Origin: Candidatus Methylomirabilia bacterium
GTDB taxonomy: Bacteria > Methylomirabilota > Methylomirabilia > Rokubacteriales > CSP1-6
Reading direction: 5' to 3'
Length of the DNA stretch: 39,884 nt
Assembly: GCA_046758965.1 (NCBI GenBank)
Contig: JBHIBG010000015.1
Span: 1 to 39,884, forward strand
Part shown: positions 16,459 through 26,729 of the stretch, one piece after another
How positions within the stretch are numbered: position 1 is the first letter of the stretch
How the letters are laid out: each line of letters starts with the position of its first letter
Position numbers and translations under genes: made by a program
Notes under the pieces: generated by a model
What the model saw: only the letters and a program-made list of their open reading frames with translations
Database searches by the model: none
Told to the model about the DNA's origin: nothing

Positions 16459-17748
16459 ATGCGTTGCAAAGTAGCGTCACTTCTCTTGTCTATTCTCATG
16501 TTGGGTTCCGTTCTGGCTGGAACATCCTCAGCCGATGTGACCGTTCGACTGGAGTTGGTGGCCGAAGGTCTCACCGCACCGCTCCTTCTTGTGTCGCCGC
16601 CCGATGGGACCAAGCGGCGCTTCATTATCGAGCAAGTCGGGCTGATCAGGATCTTGATGCCCGACGGGACGTTGCGTGACGAGCCGTTTCTGAATATCCA
16701 GCACAAGATAGTCCCGCTATTGGCCGACTTCGATGAAGAGGGCCTGCTGGGGCTGGCGTTTCATCCGAACTTCAAGAACAACGGGAAGTTCTACATCTCG
16801 TACAGCGGGCACCTCCGGGGCGACGCGGGCCTGGGCGAGAAGCTCTGGTACGCCCACACCAACTATGTGGCCGAGTACAAAGTATCCGAGGCCAATCCCA
16901 ACAAGGCCGACGCGCTTTCGGAACGGGTCCTCACGCGGATGGATTGGCCCCAGTTCAACCACAACGGCCACTGGATCGGTTTTGGACCTGACGGTTACCT
17001 CTACATCTCGACCGGTGACGGGGGGTATGCGAACGACTGGGGGATTGGCCATCACGTCACGAAAGGCAACGGTCAGGACTTAGGAGCGCTGCTCGGCAAA
17101 ATCCTCCGGATCGACGTGGACGGTCGCAAGCCCTACGCGGTTCCCAGCGACAACCCGTTTGTTGGCAGGAAGGACGCGTTGCCGGAGATTTGGGCGTACG
17201 GCTTTCGCAATCCCTGGCGGTGCTCCTTCGACACGGGCGGGACTCATGAGCTCTTCTGCGGAGATGTCGGGCAGAACAGCTACGAGAGTGTGGACATCGT
17301 CGCGAAAGGCGGAAACCACGGCTGGCGCGTGAAAGAGGGGACCCACTGCTTCGATTACGCGAATCCGAACAAGCACCCGGCCTCGTGCGAAGACGCCGGC
17401 ATGATTGACCCCATCGTCGAGTACAACAACTGCAACGTCCACAAGGACTGCAAAGGGATATCGGTCACCGGGGGCTACGTGTACCGGGGTAGCCATCGTC
17501 CCTGGCAGGGAAAGTACTTCTTCGGAGACTGGAGCAAGCAGTTCGGCGTCAAGGACGGCCGGCTCTACGTGGCGTCTAGGAAGGGTGGCGGCTGGGAGAT
17601 GGAAGACGTCAAAGTCGCCAACATGCCCAAGTTCAATTCGTATGTCCTGGCCTTTGGGCAGGATGCCGATGGCGAGATCTACGTCATGACGACGGATACC
17701 ACCGGCCCGGTGGGTGGGCTCGATCGGATCTACAAGATCGTTCCGTAA
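16459..17748 (+). CDS. Exported glucose/sorbosone dehydrogenase-family (PQQ-dependent sugar dehydrogenase-like) beta-propeller
   Basis: SD AAGGAGG; Sec signal peptide; EEGLLGLAFHPNF, NHNG..IGFGPDGYLYISTGDGG, GKILRIDVD, EIWAYGFRNPWR, GDVGQ, SVTGGYVYRG. Confidence 0.9.
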   Translation: MRCKVASLLLSILMLGSVLAGTSSADVTVRLELVAEGLTAPLLLVSPPDGTKRRFIIEQVGLIRILMPDGTLRDEPFLNIQHKIVPLLADFDEEGLLGLAFHPNFKNNGKFYISYSGHLRGDAGLGEKLWYAHTNYVAEYKVSEANPNKADALSERVLTRMDWPQFNHNGHWIGFGPDGYLYISTGDGGYANDWGIGHHVTKGNGQDLGALLGKILRIDVDGRKPYAVPSDNPFVGRKDALPEIWAYGFRNPWRCSFDTGGTHELFCGDVGQNSYESVDIVAKGGNHGWRVKEGTHCFDYANPNKHPASCEDAGMIDPIVEYNNCNVHKDCKGISVTGGYVYRGSHRPWQGKYFFGDWSKQFGVKDGRLYVASRKGGGWEMEDVKVANMPKFNSYVLAFGQDADGEIYVMTTDTTGPVGGLDRIYKIVP

Positions 17749-17763
17749 ATGAGATAGGGGACG

Positions 17764-17856
17764 GCGGCCTTGGCCGGTGAGCGTGTGGGCGGCCAAGGCC
17801 GCAAAGCCCTAAGAGATGGCCGTGGCCTTTCCCCCCGGGATCTCCGGGGGGAAGGG
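17764..17856 (+). repeat. Two strong intergenic inverted repeats
   Basis: GCGGCCTTGGCCG/CGGCCAAGGCCGC (17764-17776/17790-17802, 13 bp perfect) and TTCCCCCCGG/CCGGGGGGAA (17829-17838/17844-17853); neither has a U-tract. Confidence 0.8.
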
Positions 17857-17948
17857 GTACGTGTGGAGCCGCGCGTGCGCGCGAAATGCGGGAGGGAAGT
17901 GTTCTAGTCCGCTGCGCGCAAGTCTTTATCGGGGGCTCGCGTGCTTTC

Positions 17949-18317
17949 GTGATCAAGTGCAAGCCTGCCTTGTTTCGCGTGCTCGTCATGCTGGCGCTGC
18001 CGGTGGTGATACTTGGGCTAAGTGCATTGCCGTTCGGCCGAGTAGGCATCGCGCAGGAGGCCAAGTTTACTGAAGAGTATTTAACGGACCCCAAGAACAT
18101 AGAACTGGGCAAGAAAGTCTGGCTCAAGCGGTGCAAGTTCTGCCACGGCAAGCAGGCCTACCCGGGCAAGGCGCCGAGGCTAGAGCCATCGCGATACGAG
18201 CCTGAATTTGTCTATGACCGCGTGACCAACGGATTTCGAGGCATGCCGCCGTGGAAAGAGGAGTTTTCGGAGGAGGAAAGGAAAGCGGTCGTTGCCTACG
18301 TCATGAGCAGGGTGTAG
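17949..18317 (+). CDS. Monoheme c-type cytochrome, exported
   Basis: CKFCH heme motif, distal GMPPW Met ligand, signal peptide ending GIA|QE. Start uncertain (17886, 17949 or 17988). Confidence 0.88.
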   Translation: MIKCKPALFRVLVMLALPVVILGLSALPFGRVGIAQEAKFTEEYLTDPKNIELGKKVWLKRCKFCHGKQAYPGKAPRLEPSRYEPEFVYDRVTNGFRGMPPWKEEFSEEERKAVVAYVMSRV

Positions 18318-18383
18318 CCCAGAGGGGGCATCACGCGTGAAGCGGAAGACCTTGGACCCGAACAGTGAGGGCATGGAAGTCGA

Positions 18384-19088
18384 GTGGTGACGCTGGCCCC
18401 GTCCCCCCGTGTGTTCCTGCTGAAGGATCTCGTTCACCGGCGCGCCTCACCGGAGGTGCGCGAGTGGTTTGAGCGGGGAGCGGGTGCTGCGGGTGGATCC
18501 TTTGACCGCAGTGGCTTCAATGAGTGCTTCAGTGAGGCTGCTCGCCGACTCGGCAAGGTGTGTCTGAACCTCACCCGTCAGGAGGTCGCGCAGCTCGAGG
18601 CGCTGGGCGTGAACTGGCCGCTGAGCGGGTGGGGGCTGGACGAGCTGGGACGGGTCACGCTGCTTATGCTGGCCGGGACGCACCTGCCGGAGAGCGCACT
18701 CGAGACGCTGCTGGAGGAGTGCTACCACCAGGGCGACAATCGCGAGCGGCAGGCGGTGCTTCGGGCGTTACCGTTCCTGCCGGCGGCGGAACGCTTTCTG
18801 CCCATCGGGGCGGAGGCCTGTCGGAGCCATATCCAGCCGCTGTTCGAGGCCCTCGCGTGTGAGAACCCCTATCCGGCCTTACACTTTCCCGATCTGAACT
18901 TCAACCAGATGGTGCTCAAGGCCCTGTTCACGGGAGTGGCCCTGGAGCGCGTCGTGGGGTTGGGGGGGCGGGTGACACCGGAGCTGACCCGAATGGCGAA
19001 CGACTACGCGAGCGAGCGCCGGGCGGCGGGGCGGAGCGTGCCGCCCGACATCTGGCGCCTCACGGCCGCGAAAGGGGGCGAGCCATGA
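18384..19088 (+). CDS. eboA: EboA-domain protein
   Basis: GDNRERQAVLRALP, ACENPYPA.HF....FNQMVLKALF, LTRMANDYASERRAAGRSVP C-terminal signature; sits next to eboB and eboF. Confidence 0.88.
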   Translation: MVTLAPSPRVFLLKDLVHRRASPEVREWFERGAGAAGGSFDRSGFNECFSEAARRLGKVCLNLTRQEVAQLEALGVNWPLSGWGLDELGRVTLLMLAGTHLPESALETLLEECYHQGDNRERQAVLRALPFLPAAERFLPIGAEACRSHIQPLFEALACENPYPALHFPDLNFNQMVLKALFTGVALERVVGLGGRVTPELTRMANDYASERRAAGRSVPPDIWRLTAAKGGEP

Positions 19089-19969
19089 AGCTTTTCGATC
19101 CCCACATCCACATGACCTCCCGGACCACGATGGACTACGAGGCCATGGCGCAGGCCGGAATCGTCGCCGTGGTGGAGCCGTCCTTCTGGATCGGCCAGCC
19201 CCGTACCCATGTCGGCACCTTCGAGGACTACTTCAGCATGCTCCTGGGCTGGGAGCGCTTCCGGGCCAGCCAGTTCGGGATCCATCACTTCTGCACGCTG
19301 TCGCTGAACCCAAAGGAGGCGAATAACCCCCGGGTGGCCCAGGGCGTGATCGACCTCCTGCCGCGCTATCTCCCGAAGGACGGCGTGGTCGCGGTGGGGG
19401 AGATCGGCTACGACGACCTGACGCCCGAGGAGGAGAAGTACTTCGCCGTCCAGCTGGAGCTGGCGCTGCGCTCCGACCTGCCGGCCCTGGTCCATACGCC
19501 GCACCGAGACAAGAAGCGGGGGACCGAGCGGAGCCTCGCGCTCATTCGGGAGGTCGGGTTCCCGGAGGAGCGGGTGCTCATCGATCATAACACCGAGGAG
19601 ACCCTCCCCCTCGTGCTGACCACGGGATGCTGGGCCGCCCACTCCATCTATCCCTACACGAAGATGGACGAGGCGCGCATGGTGGCCTTGGTGAAGCAGT
19701 ACGGCAGCGAGCGCATCCTCATCAACAGCGCCTCCGACTGGGGGGTGAGTGACCCGTTGAAGGTCCCCAAGACCGTGGCGCTGATGCGCGAGAGCGGGGT
19801 GTCGGAGGAGGCGATCGAGACCATTGTCTGGAAGAACCCGGTGGCCTTCTTCAGCCAGAGTGGCCGGCTCGAGGTGGCCGAGGTCGCCGAGCGTCCCAGC
19901 ATCGACCAGAGCCACCTGTGGGAAGGGAACTCGGTGCTCCGCGGCCAGGCTCCGGTGAGGGAGCGCTAG
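19085..19969 (+). CDS. eboB: TatD-family metallohydrolase EboB
   Basis: DPHIHMTSRTT.DYEAM, FWIGQPRT, GWERFRASQFGI.H, LNPKEANN, VGEIGYD, HTPHRDKKRG, DWGVSDPL; ATGA overlap. Confidence 0.92.
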   Translation: MKLFDPHIHMTSRTTMDYEAMAQAGIVAVVEPSFWIGQPRTHVGTFEDYFSMLLGWERFRASQFGIHHFCTLSLNPKEANNPRVAQGVIDLLPRYLPKDGVVAVGEIGYDDLTPEEEKYFAVQLELALRSDLPALVHTPHRDKKRGTERSLALIREVGFPEERVLIDHNTEETLPLVLTTGCWAAHSIYPYTKMDEARMVALVKQYGSERILINSASDWGVSDPLKVPKTVALMRESGVSEEAIETIVWKNPVAFFSQSGRLEVAEVAERPSIDQSHLWEGNSVLRGQAPVRER

Positions 19970-19981
19970 GCGCCGGTCTCA

Positions 19982-21358
<1,377 letters not shown>

Positions 21359-21395
21359 CAGGAGTGCGGCGGTCAGCCGACAGGAGTGGAAGAAC

Positions 21396-22415
21396 CTATT
21401 TCTGGATCAGGGCTTTTCCCTGGCTTCTGATCTTTTCCAGTAAGACCATCGCGCTCCCTGCCAGGCCACCGGGGAAGGTCGAAACGACGACGATGAGCAA
21501 ACTGCCTAACAGCAGACCCCGATACCCTATCACGCGCGAAGAGAGATCTTCCAGCGCCACGAAGGCAAATGCCCCAAGCACCGGGCCCAGAAACTGCCGG
21601 GTTCCCCCAAGCACGGTCGCCAGGACCAGCTGTGCTGAAAACAGCCAGTGGAGCTGTTCAGGGGTAATTTGCCGGCTCAATTGTCCGAACAACCCCCCGG
21701 CAAGGCCCGCGAAGATCCCTGAGAGAATGAAGGCGTACCATCGGTATTGTCGCACAGGAATGCCAATGAATGCCGCTCTCGTCTCATTGTCTCGGATCGC
21801 TCGCAAGGCCTTCCCGAACGGTGAGAGGCCGATCCGCGACAACAGGAACGTGGATCCGAAGAAGGCCGCCAGGATAACGTAGTAGAAGGCCGGAATGAAC
21901 AGATCAGGAACGAATTCGGTCCCGACGATGGTGAAGCGGGGAATGTACAATCCGCCCCCACCGAGCAGGAACAGCCCTTTCCCCACACCGCCGAACGGCC
22001 TGAAGATAATGCCACTGATGAAGAGAGAGTGTACCATCTGAGCAAACACCAATGTAAGGATGGTGAAGTGAATTCTCGTGGCCCTCACGCATAGGAAGCC
22101 GACGACTGCAGAGAGCACTGCCGAGGAGAGTACCCCGGACAACAGATAGATTTCGAGCGAATTTACGGGAGAGAATCGGTAAAGAAACCCTCCGGTGTAT
22201 GCCCCGACCCCGAAATAGGCCGCATGGCCGAGGGAAAGCAGGCCAGTGGTTCCCAGGAGCAAGTTCAGGCCCAGGCACGCGATGGAGAGCACCAGCGCGT
22301 AACACAGCACGATCAGGGAGTAGGGAGGGAGCAGAAGAGGCATAAGGAGAAAGAGGGTCCCTGACATTGCAGCCAAGAGGAGCGTTCTGCCTGGAGCTGC
22401 CGACTTCGCCACCAT
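21396..22415 (-). CDS. livM: Branched-chain amino acid (HAAT) ABC permease, LivM-like (second copy)
   Basis: GLNLLLGTTGLLSLGHAAYFGVGAY, SPFGKALRAIRDNETRA, VLGG..QFLGPVLGA; start 22415 or 22421. Confidence 0.88.
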   Translation of the reverse strand: MVAKSAAPGRTLLLAAMSGTLFLLMPLLLPPYSLIVLCYALVLSIACLGLNLLLGTTGLLSLGHAAYFGVGAYTGGFLYRFSPVNSLEIYLLSGVLSSAVLSAVVGFLCVRATRIHFTILTLVFAQMVHSLFISGIIFRPFGGVGKGLFLLGGGGLYIPRFTIVGTEFVPDLFIPAFYYVILAAFFGSTFLLSRIGLSPFGKALRAIRDNETRAAFIGIPVRQYRWYAFILSGIFAGLAGGLFGQLSRQITPEQLHWLFSAQLVLATVLGGTRQFLGPVLGAFAFVALEDLSSRVIGYRGLLLGSLLIVVVSTFPGGLAGSAMVLLEKIRSQGKALIQK

Positions 22416-22463
22416 GATCACCGTGGCCCAGCACGCCGAGAACGAGCAGGCCTCTGGGGAGTG

Positions 22464-22870
22464 TTACTTCTGCTCCCGGAGAAGAGCCTTCAGCACGGCG
22501 CGGCCAGTCGCCCCCGAGCATTCCCGCATGCCGGGCGCCCGGCCGACGATCAGGCCACTCGGTGTAATCAGGAACACTGTCGGCGTCACGAAGACCGCAT
22601 CGGCGCACTTCACGTTTGCCGCGGAGTCGAGAAGGACCGGCGCAACATAGCCCCGCGCCTTCGCCACGCGACCGGCTGCACCGCGGGACGTTGCGCTCCT
22701 ACCGCCGCCATTCCCGTGAGAGCCAGGATCAGTCCTGGTCTACTGCCGAGAGGCGTCGCCTCCCGGCCCCACGATCTTGTGGGCGCTTGAGAGGGAGGTT
22801 CAGCGTCAGGAGGCGTCCGACGCCAACAGAAGCGGAAGCGCGCCCAGAGAGCCGAAGGTTGCCCGGTCTC
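22464..22870 (-). pseudogene. Decayed TlpA/ResA-like redoxin gene
   Basis: C-terminal frame GYVAPVLLDS...TPTVFLITPSGLIVGRAPGMRECS...LKALL matches the redoxin C-terminal pattern. Upstream text (GLILAL...AVQPVA) is in another frame, with a shift near 22668. No intact CxxC. Confidence 0.55.
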
Positions 22871-22895
22871 CGGGTCGCAGACCTCGCACGTGATG

Positions 22896-24005
22896 CTAAT
22901 CCATGACCACAATCGCGCGGCCGACGATCTCACCACGGCTCAGCGCCTGATAGGCCTTGTCGGCTTCTTCCAGCGTGTACCGCCGCGAGATCGGCTGAGA
23001 GACGTTGATCTGGCCCTTGGTCGCCAGGCGCAGAACGTCCGGCATGTCGGTGCGCACTCGGCAGCCGTAAGACCCGCTTAGGCGAATCCCGCGACGAACG
23101 AGCCGGGTCACCTCGATGGCAGCCGCCGCTTGTCCTGCGGCAATGCCGATCACCACGGTCCGCCCCCCGTCCCGGGTCATCAAAAAGGCGTTCACGACTG
23201 TCTCAGGTCGGCCGAGCGCCTCGATGGCGACATCGACACCTCGTCCGTCCGTCAGGGCCATCACCTGACCCACAGGATCGCCGTGCGAGGCGTTCACGAC
23301 TTGGGTCGCCCCCAGCTTGCGAGCCGCCTCGAGCTTGTCATCCCGGACATCCACGGCGATCACCTCGGTGGCCCCGAACACCCGGGCTATCTGGATCGCG
23401 TTGGACCCAACGCCGCCCACGCCCACAACAGCTACCGCCTCGCCGGGTTGGATCTGGGCCTGGTTCTTCACGGCGCCGTACGCGGTCATCACCGCACAGC
23501 CGAGAATGCACGCGTCAGTGAGTGGCAGGTCGGGAGGCGCGGGGAAGACGTCGGTGGCTGGGACCACCGCGTACTCCGCCAAGCCCGCCATGCTATACAT
23601 GGCCAGGGACGAGCCGTCCTTACGGCGGAGCCGGCTCTCGCCGTCGTAGAGCGTCCCCTTCAGCCGGTTCATCGCGAAGAAGGTCTCGCACAGGTCATCC
23701 CGGCCGCGGGCGCAGTAATAACAGTAGCCGCAGGGCATGATAAAAGTGCAGACCACCTGATCGCGCACCTTCACGCCGCTGACCCCGGCCCCAAGTTCCT
23801 GCACCACTCCGGAAATCTCGTGGCCGAGGACGCACGGCACCGGAAACTTCACCTCGCCTTTCACGACGTGGAGATCCGTGTGGCAGACCCCGCATGCCGT
23901 CACTTCCACGAGGACCTCCCCGGCCTTCGGCCTCGGGGTAGGGAGGTCTTCGACCACCAGGGACGCCCCCACAGCAGGCAACACGGCAGCTTTCATGTCG
24001 CTCAT
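22896..24005 (-). CDS. Zinc-dependent alcohol dehydrogenase (MDR family)
   Basis: GVCHTD, GHE, structural Zn site CGYCYYC...C, LGCAVMTAYG, GVGGVG Rossmann motif. Confidence 0.93.
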   Translation of the reverse strand: MSDMKAAVLPAVGASLVVEDLPTPRPKAGEVLVEVTACGVCHTDLHVVKGEVKFPVPCVLGHEISGVVQELGAGVSGVKVRDQVVCTFIMPCGYCYYCARGRDDLCETFFAMNRLKGTLYDGESRLRRKDGSSLAMYSMAGLAEYAVVPATDVFPAPPDLPLTDACILGCAVMTAYGAVKNQAQIQPGEAVAVVGVGGVGSNAIQIARVFGATEVIAVDVRDDKLEAARKLGATQVVNASHGDPVGQVMALTDGRGVDVAIEALGRPETVVNAFLMTRDGGRTVVIGIAAGQAAAAIEVTRLVRRGIRLSGSYGCRVRTDMPDVLRLATKGQINVSQPISRRYTLEEADKAYQALSRGEIVGRAIVVMD

Positions 24006-24205
24006 CCCGTCAACATATCCGTGACCATTGCCTCGGCCACCGTTCCACTACCACGTTTTTCTCGGTTAGAAGTCGATCGCATCATACTACAACCGTTGAT
24101 TATGCTGCGGGCATGATCATCCAAATGCGCTTCCAGGAGATTCTTGAGCCTGCTCGCCTCTTTTCGCTCCCCTTTTGGGAGGAGAATCGGGCAGACGCGG
24201 ATCGG

Positions 24206-24925
24206 TCATCCGCGAATGGTCTTCATGACCTTTTCGTTTTCGAGGGCTTCTCGGGGGCTCCCGTGAAAGATGATCTCTCCGCGATCGATCGCGTACAGCC
24301 GGTCGGCGAGCCGGGAAGCGATCATCAGGTTGGACTCGGCGATCAACAGCGAGATTCCCATTTCCTTGATCTTGGTCACCGCGTCTCTGAACCGGGTAAC
24401 GACCACGGGGGCGAGCCCTTCAAACGATTCATCCAGGAGAAGAATGGATGGGGAGAGGGCCATGGCCCGGGCAATCGCCACCATCTTTTTCTGCCCCCCG
24501 CTCAGGTTGAGCCCCCGCCGCTGGGTCAACTCTCTGACCTCGGGGAACACTGAGAAGATCCGCTCTTCTATGTCCGCGTCGGGAGACGTTCCCCTGGGGT
24601 TCCGCGAAGCTCCAGCCAACCACCGACTGATCAAGAGATTCTCCGCCACCGTCAGCTCGGGGAAAATTCCGCAGTCTTCAGGGGCATACCCAATGCCGAG
24701 CTTGGCGCGCTCATGGGGTGGCAACCCGCTAATGTCCTTGCCCTGAATCGCGATCTTCCCGGATCTCACGGGCAGGAGGCCCATGATGCTCTCAATGGTG
24801 GTGGTTTTGCCCGCACCGTTCCGCCCGACCAGGCAGACGAGCTCCCCCTCGTTCACAGTCAGCGAGACCCCGCGGAGGACGTGGGCCGGCCCGCGGGAGG
24901 TATGGATTTCTTTAACCTCGAGCAT
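24206..24925 (-). CDS. livF: HAAT ABC transporter ATP-binding protein (LivF-like)
   Basis: GRNGAGKTT, LSGGQKKM, LLLDESFEGLAP. Confidence 0.92.
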   Translation of the reverse strand: MLEVKEIHTSRGPAHVLRGVSLTVNEGELVCLVGRNGAGKTTTIESIMGLLPVRSGKIAIQGKDISGLPPHERAKLGIGYAPEDCGIFPELTVAENLLISRWLAGASRNPRGTSPDADIEERIFSVFPEVRELTQRRGLNLSGGQKKMVAIARAMALSPSILLLDESFEGLAPVVVTRFRDAVTKIKEMGISLLIAESNLMIASRLADRLYAIDRGEIIFHGSPREALENEKVMKTIRG

Positions 24926-24944
24926 TCAGTGGACCTCCGTCTGA

Positions 24945-25700
24945 TCAACTCGAAGTCGCAGCACCCAGCAGCGTGGTCGCCACCTGCTCATTTTTCCGGA
25001 TCTCTTCGGGGGAGCCATCAGCCAGAATGGTTCCCTCGTGCATCACGACGATCCGGTCTGAATATCTGAACACCACGTCCATGTCATGTTCAATGATCAC
25101 CGCGGTGATCTGTCCGGCTCTCACCACGGCGGCGACCGTATCCATGATCTGCCTCTTCTCGCGGGTGCTCACCCCGCTGGTGGGCTCGTCGAGGAACAAG
25201 AGCTTCGGGCGCAGGGCATGGGCCACGGCCACATCGAGGAGCTTTCGCTCTCCTTGCGCCAGCCCTCTCGCCAGCGTGTTGCGCTTGCTTTCCAGACCGA
25301 ACTGCCGAAGCACGTCCAGCGTTTCCTGTGCGACGTCACCATCCCTGTCTGCTAGAGCGAAGAGATTGTGGGTTTTCCCCTGTCGAGAGAAGATCGCCAG
25401 CGCCACATTATCGAAGGCAGAAAGATCGTCAAACAGGTTCACCAGCTGAAAACTCCTGGCAATCCCCGCTTTGATCCGCTCTGCCACGGGCGAGAACGTG
25501 ATGTCGCGCCCTCGGAAGAAGATTTGGCCGCTGTCGGGTTGGAGGTAGGCGCTGATCAGGTTCACCAAAGTGGTCTTACCCGCGCCGTTAGCCCCGACCA
25601 GAGAAACAAACTCGCCCTCGGAGATGATGAAGTCCACACCATCGACCGCTCGGGTGTCGCCGAAGTGCTTCTTGAGGTTCTCGGTCCGCAACAGGCTCAT
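24945..25700 (-). CDS. livG: HAAT ABC transporter ATP-binding protein (LivG-like)
   Basis: GANGAGKTT, GIARSFQ, LFLDEPTSG, IIEHDMDVV. Confidence 0.92.
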   Translation of the reverse strand: MSLLRTENLKKHFGDTRAVDGVDFIISEGEFVSLVGANGAGKTTLVNLISAYLQPDSGQIFFRGRDITFSPVAERIKAGIARSFQLVNLFDDLSAFDNVALAIFSRQGKTHNLFALADRDGDVAQETLDVLRQFGLESKRNTLARGLAQGERKLLDVAVAHALRPKLLFLDEPTSGVSTREKRQIMDTVAAVVRAGQITAVIIEHDMDVVFRYSDRIVVMHEGTILADGSPEEIRKNEQVATTLLGAATSS

Positions 25701-26716
25701 GCCAACGCTTCCTCTTTTGCCTTGGCCTTCCTGGCTACCCGGGCTAGCGTCCCCACAATACCCACTGGCAGGAACAGTACGAGGGCAATGAGAACGCCCC
25801 CGAGAAATATCTGCCAGTACTGTGTGAGGGCGACGGCGTAGGCCTCGAGATAGTTATAGACCACCGCCCCAATGATTGGGCCTGCGAAGCTCCGGAACCC
25901 ACCGAGCACCGTGAAAAACACGATTTTTCCTGAGAACGTCCAGACGAGGATATCGGGTGTGGGAAGCCCGTGCAGGGGAGCCCACAGGATTCCCGCCAAT
26001 CCCGTGAAGGTCCCGGAGACGAGGAAAGCGAGCCAGCGGTATCGGCGTATTCGCACCCCGAGGAATCGCGCCCGGGTCTCGTTGTCGCGAATCGCCTGGA
26101 GCGTCTTCCCGAAAGGAGAGTGGACGATCACCCACATCACGACCACGCAGATGAAGAAAATGACGAGGACGTAGTGGTAATAAGAGTTGACGAACTTCAC
26201 GTACGTTCCGGCGCCGGAAAAGTCGATAAGCCCACCGAGCAAGGACATTTTGCTGAATGGGACTCGAATCCCGTCGCTGCCGCCGGTTATCCAGAAGAAC
26301 TTGTATGCCAGGGTCCACAGTACTTGGGAAAGCGCGAGCGTCAGAATTGCAAAGAAAATCCGAGTGTGCCGAACGCACACATATCCGAACAGGGCCGAGA
26401 TGACCGCCGCGACCGCGATTCCGCCCAGAATATAGAGCTCCATTGAGGAGACGCCGAGATATCGCACCATGAATGCCACCGCGTAGGCTCCCACGCCGAA
26501 GTACGCGGAGTGGCCAAATGAGAGGAGGCCGGTATAACCGAGCAGGAGATTGAAGCCGAGTGCGGCAATGGCAAAGATGAGACCATAGGTAAGGAGCTGC
26601 GTTTGGTAGGTGCCGGCGACTGTGGGGACCGCGAGAAGCACGATCACGACAAGGGCCGCAATGGCCAACTGCCATATGGGCAATATTCCGGGCGTCAGGA
26701 AGTTGGCAAACTTCAT
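25697..26716 (-). CDS. livM: HAAT ABC permease (LivM-like)
   Basis: GFNLLLGYTGLLSFGHSAYFG, TGGSDG, SPFGKTLQAIRDNETRA; start ATG26716 after GGGGGA. Confidence 0.9.
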   Translation of the reverse strand: MKFANFLTPGILPIWQLAIAALVVIVLLAVPTVAGTYQTQLLTYGLIFAIAALGFNLLLGYTGLLSFGHSAYFGVGAYAVAFMVRYLGVSSMELYILGGIAVAAVISALFGYVCVRHTRIFFAILTLALSQVLWTLAYKFFWITGGSDGIRVPFSKMSLLGGLIDFSGAGTYVKFVNSYYHYVLVIFFICVVVMWVIVHSPFGKTLQAIRDNETRARFLGVRIRRYRWLAFLVSGTFTGLAGILWAPLHGLPTPDILVWTFSGKIVFFTVLGGFRSFAGPIIGAVVYNYLEAYAVALTQYWQIFLGGVLIALVLFLPVGIVGTLARVARKAKAKEEALA

Positions 26717-26729
26717 AATGTTTCCCCCA

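Noticed and set aside
18337..18390. PqqA precursor peptide (GMEV resembles the PqqA core)
   Set aside because: The essential E-x-x-x-Y is absent (EVEW-stop) and there are no pqqB-E genes in the window
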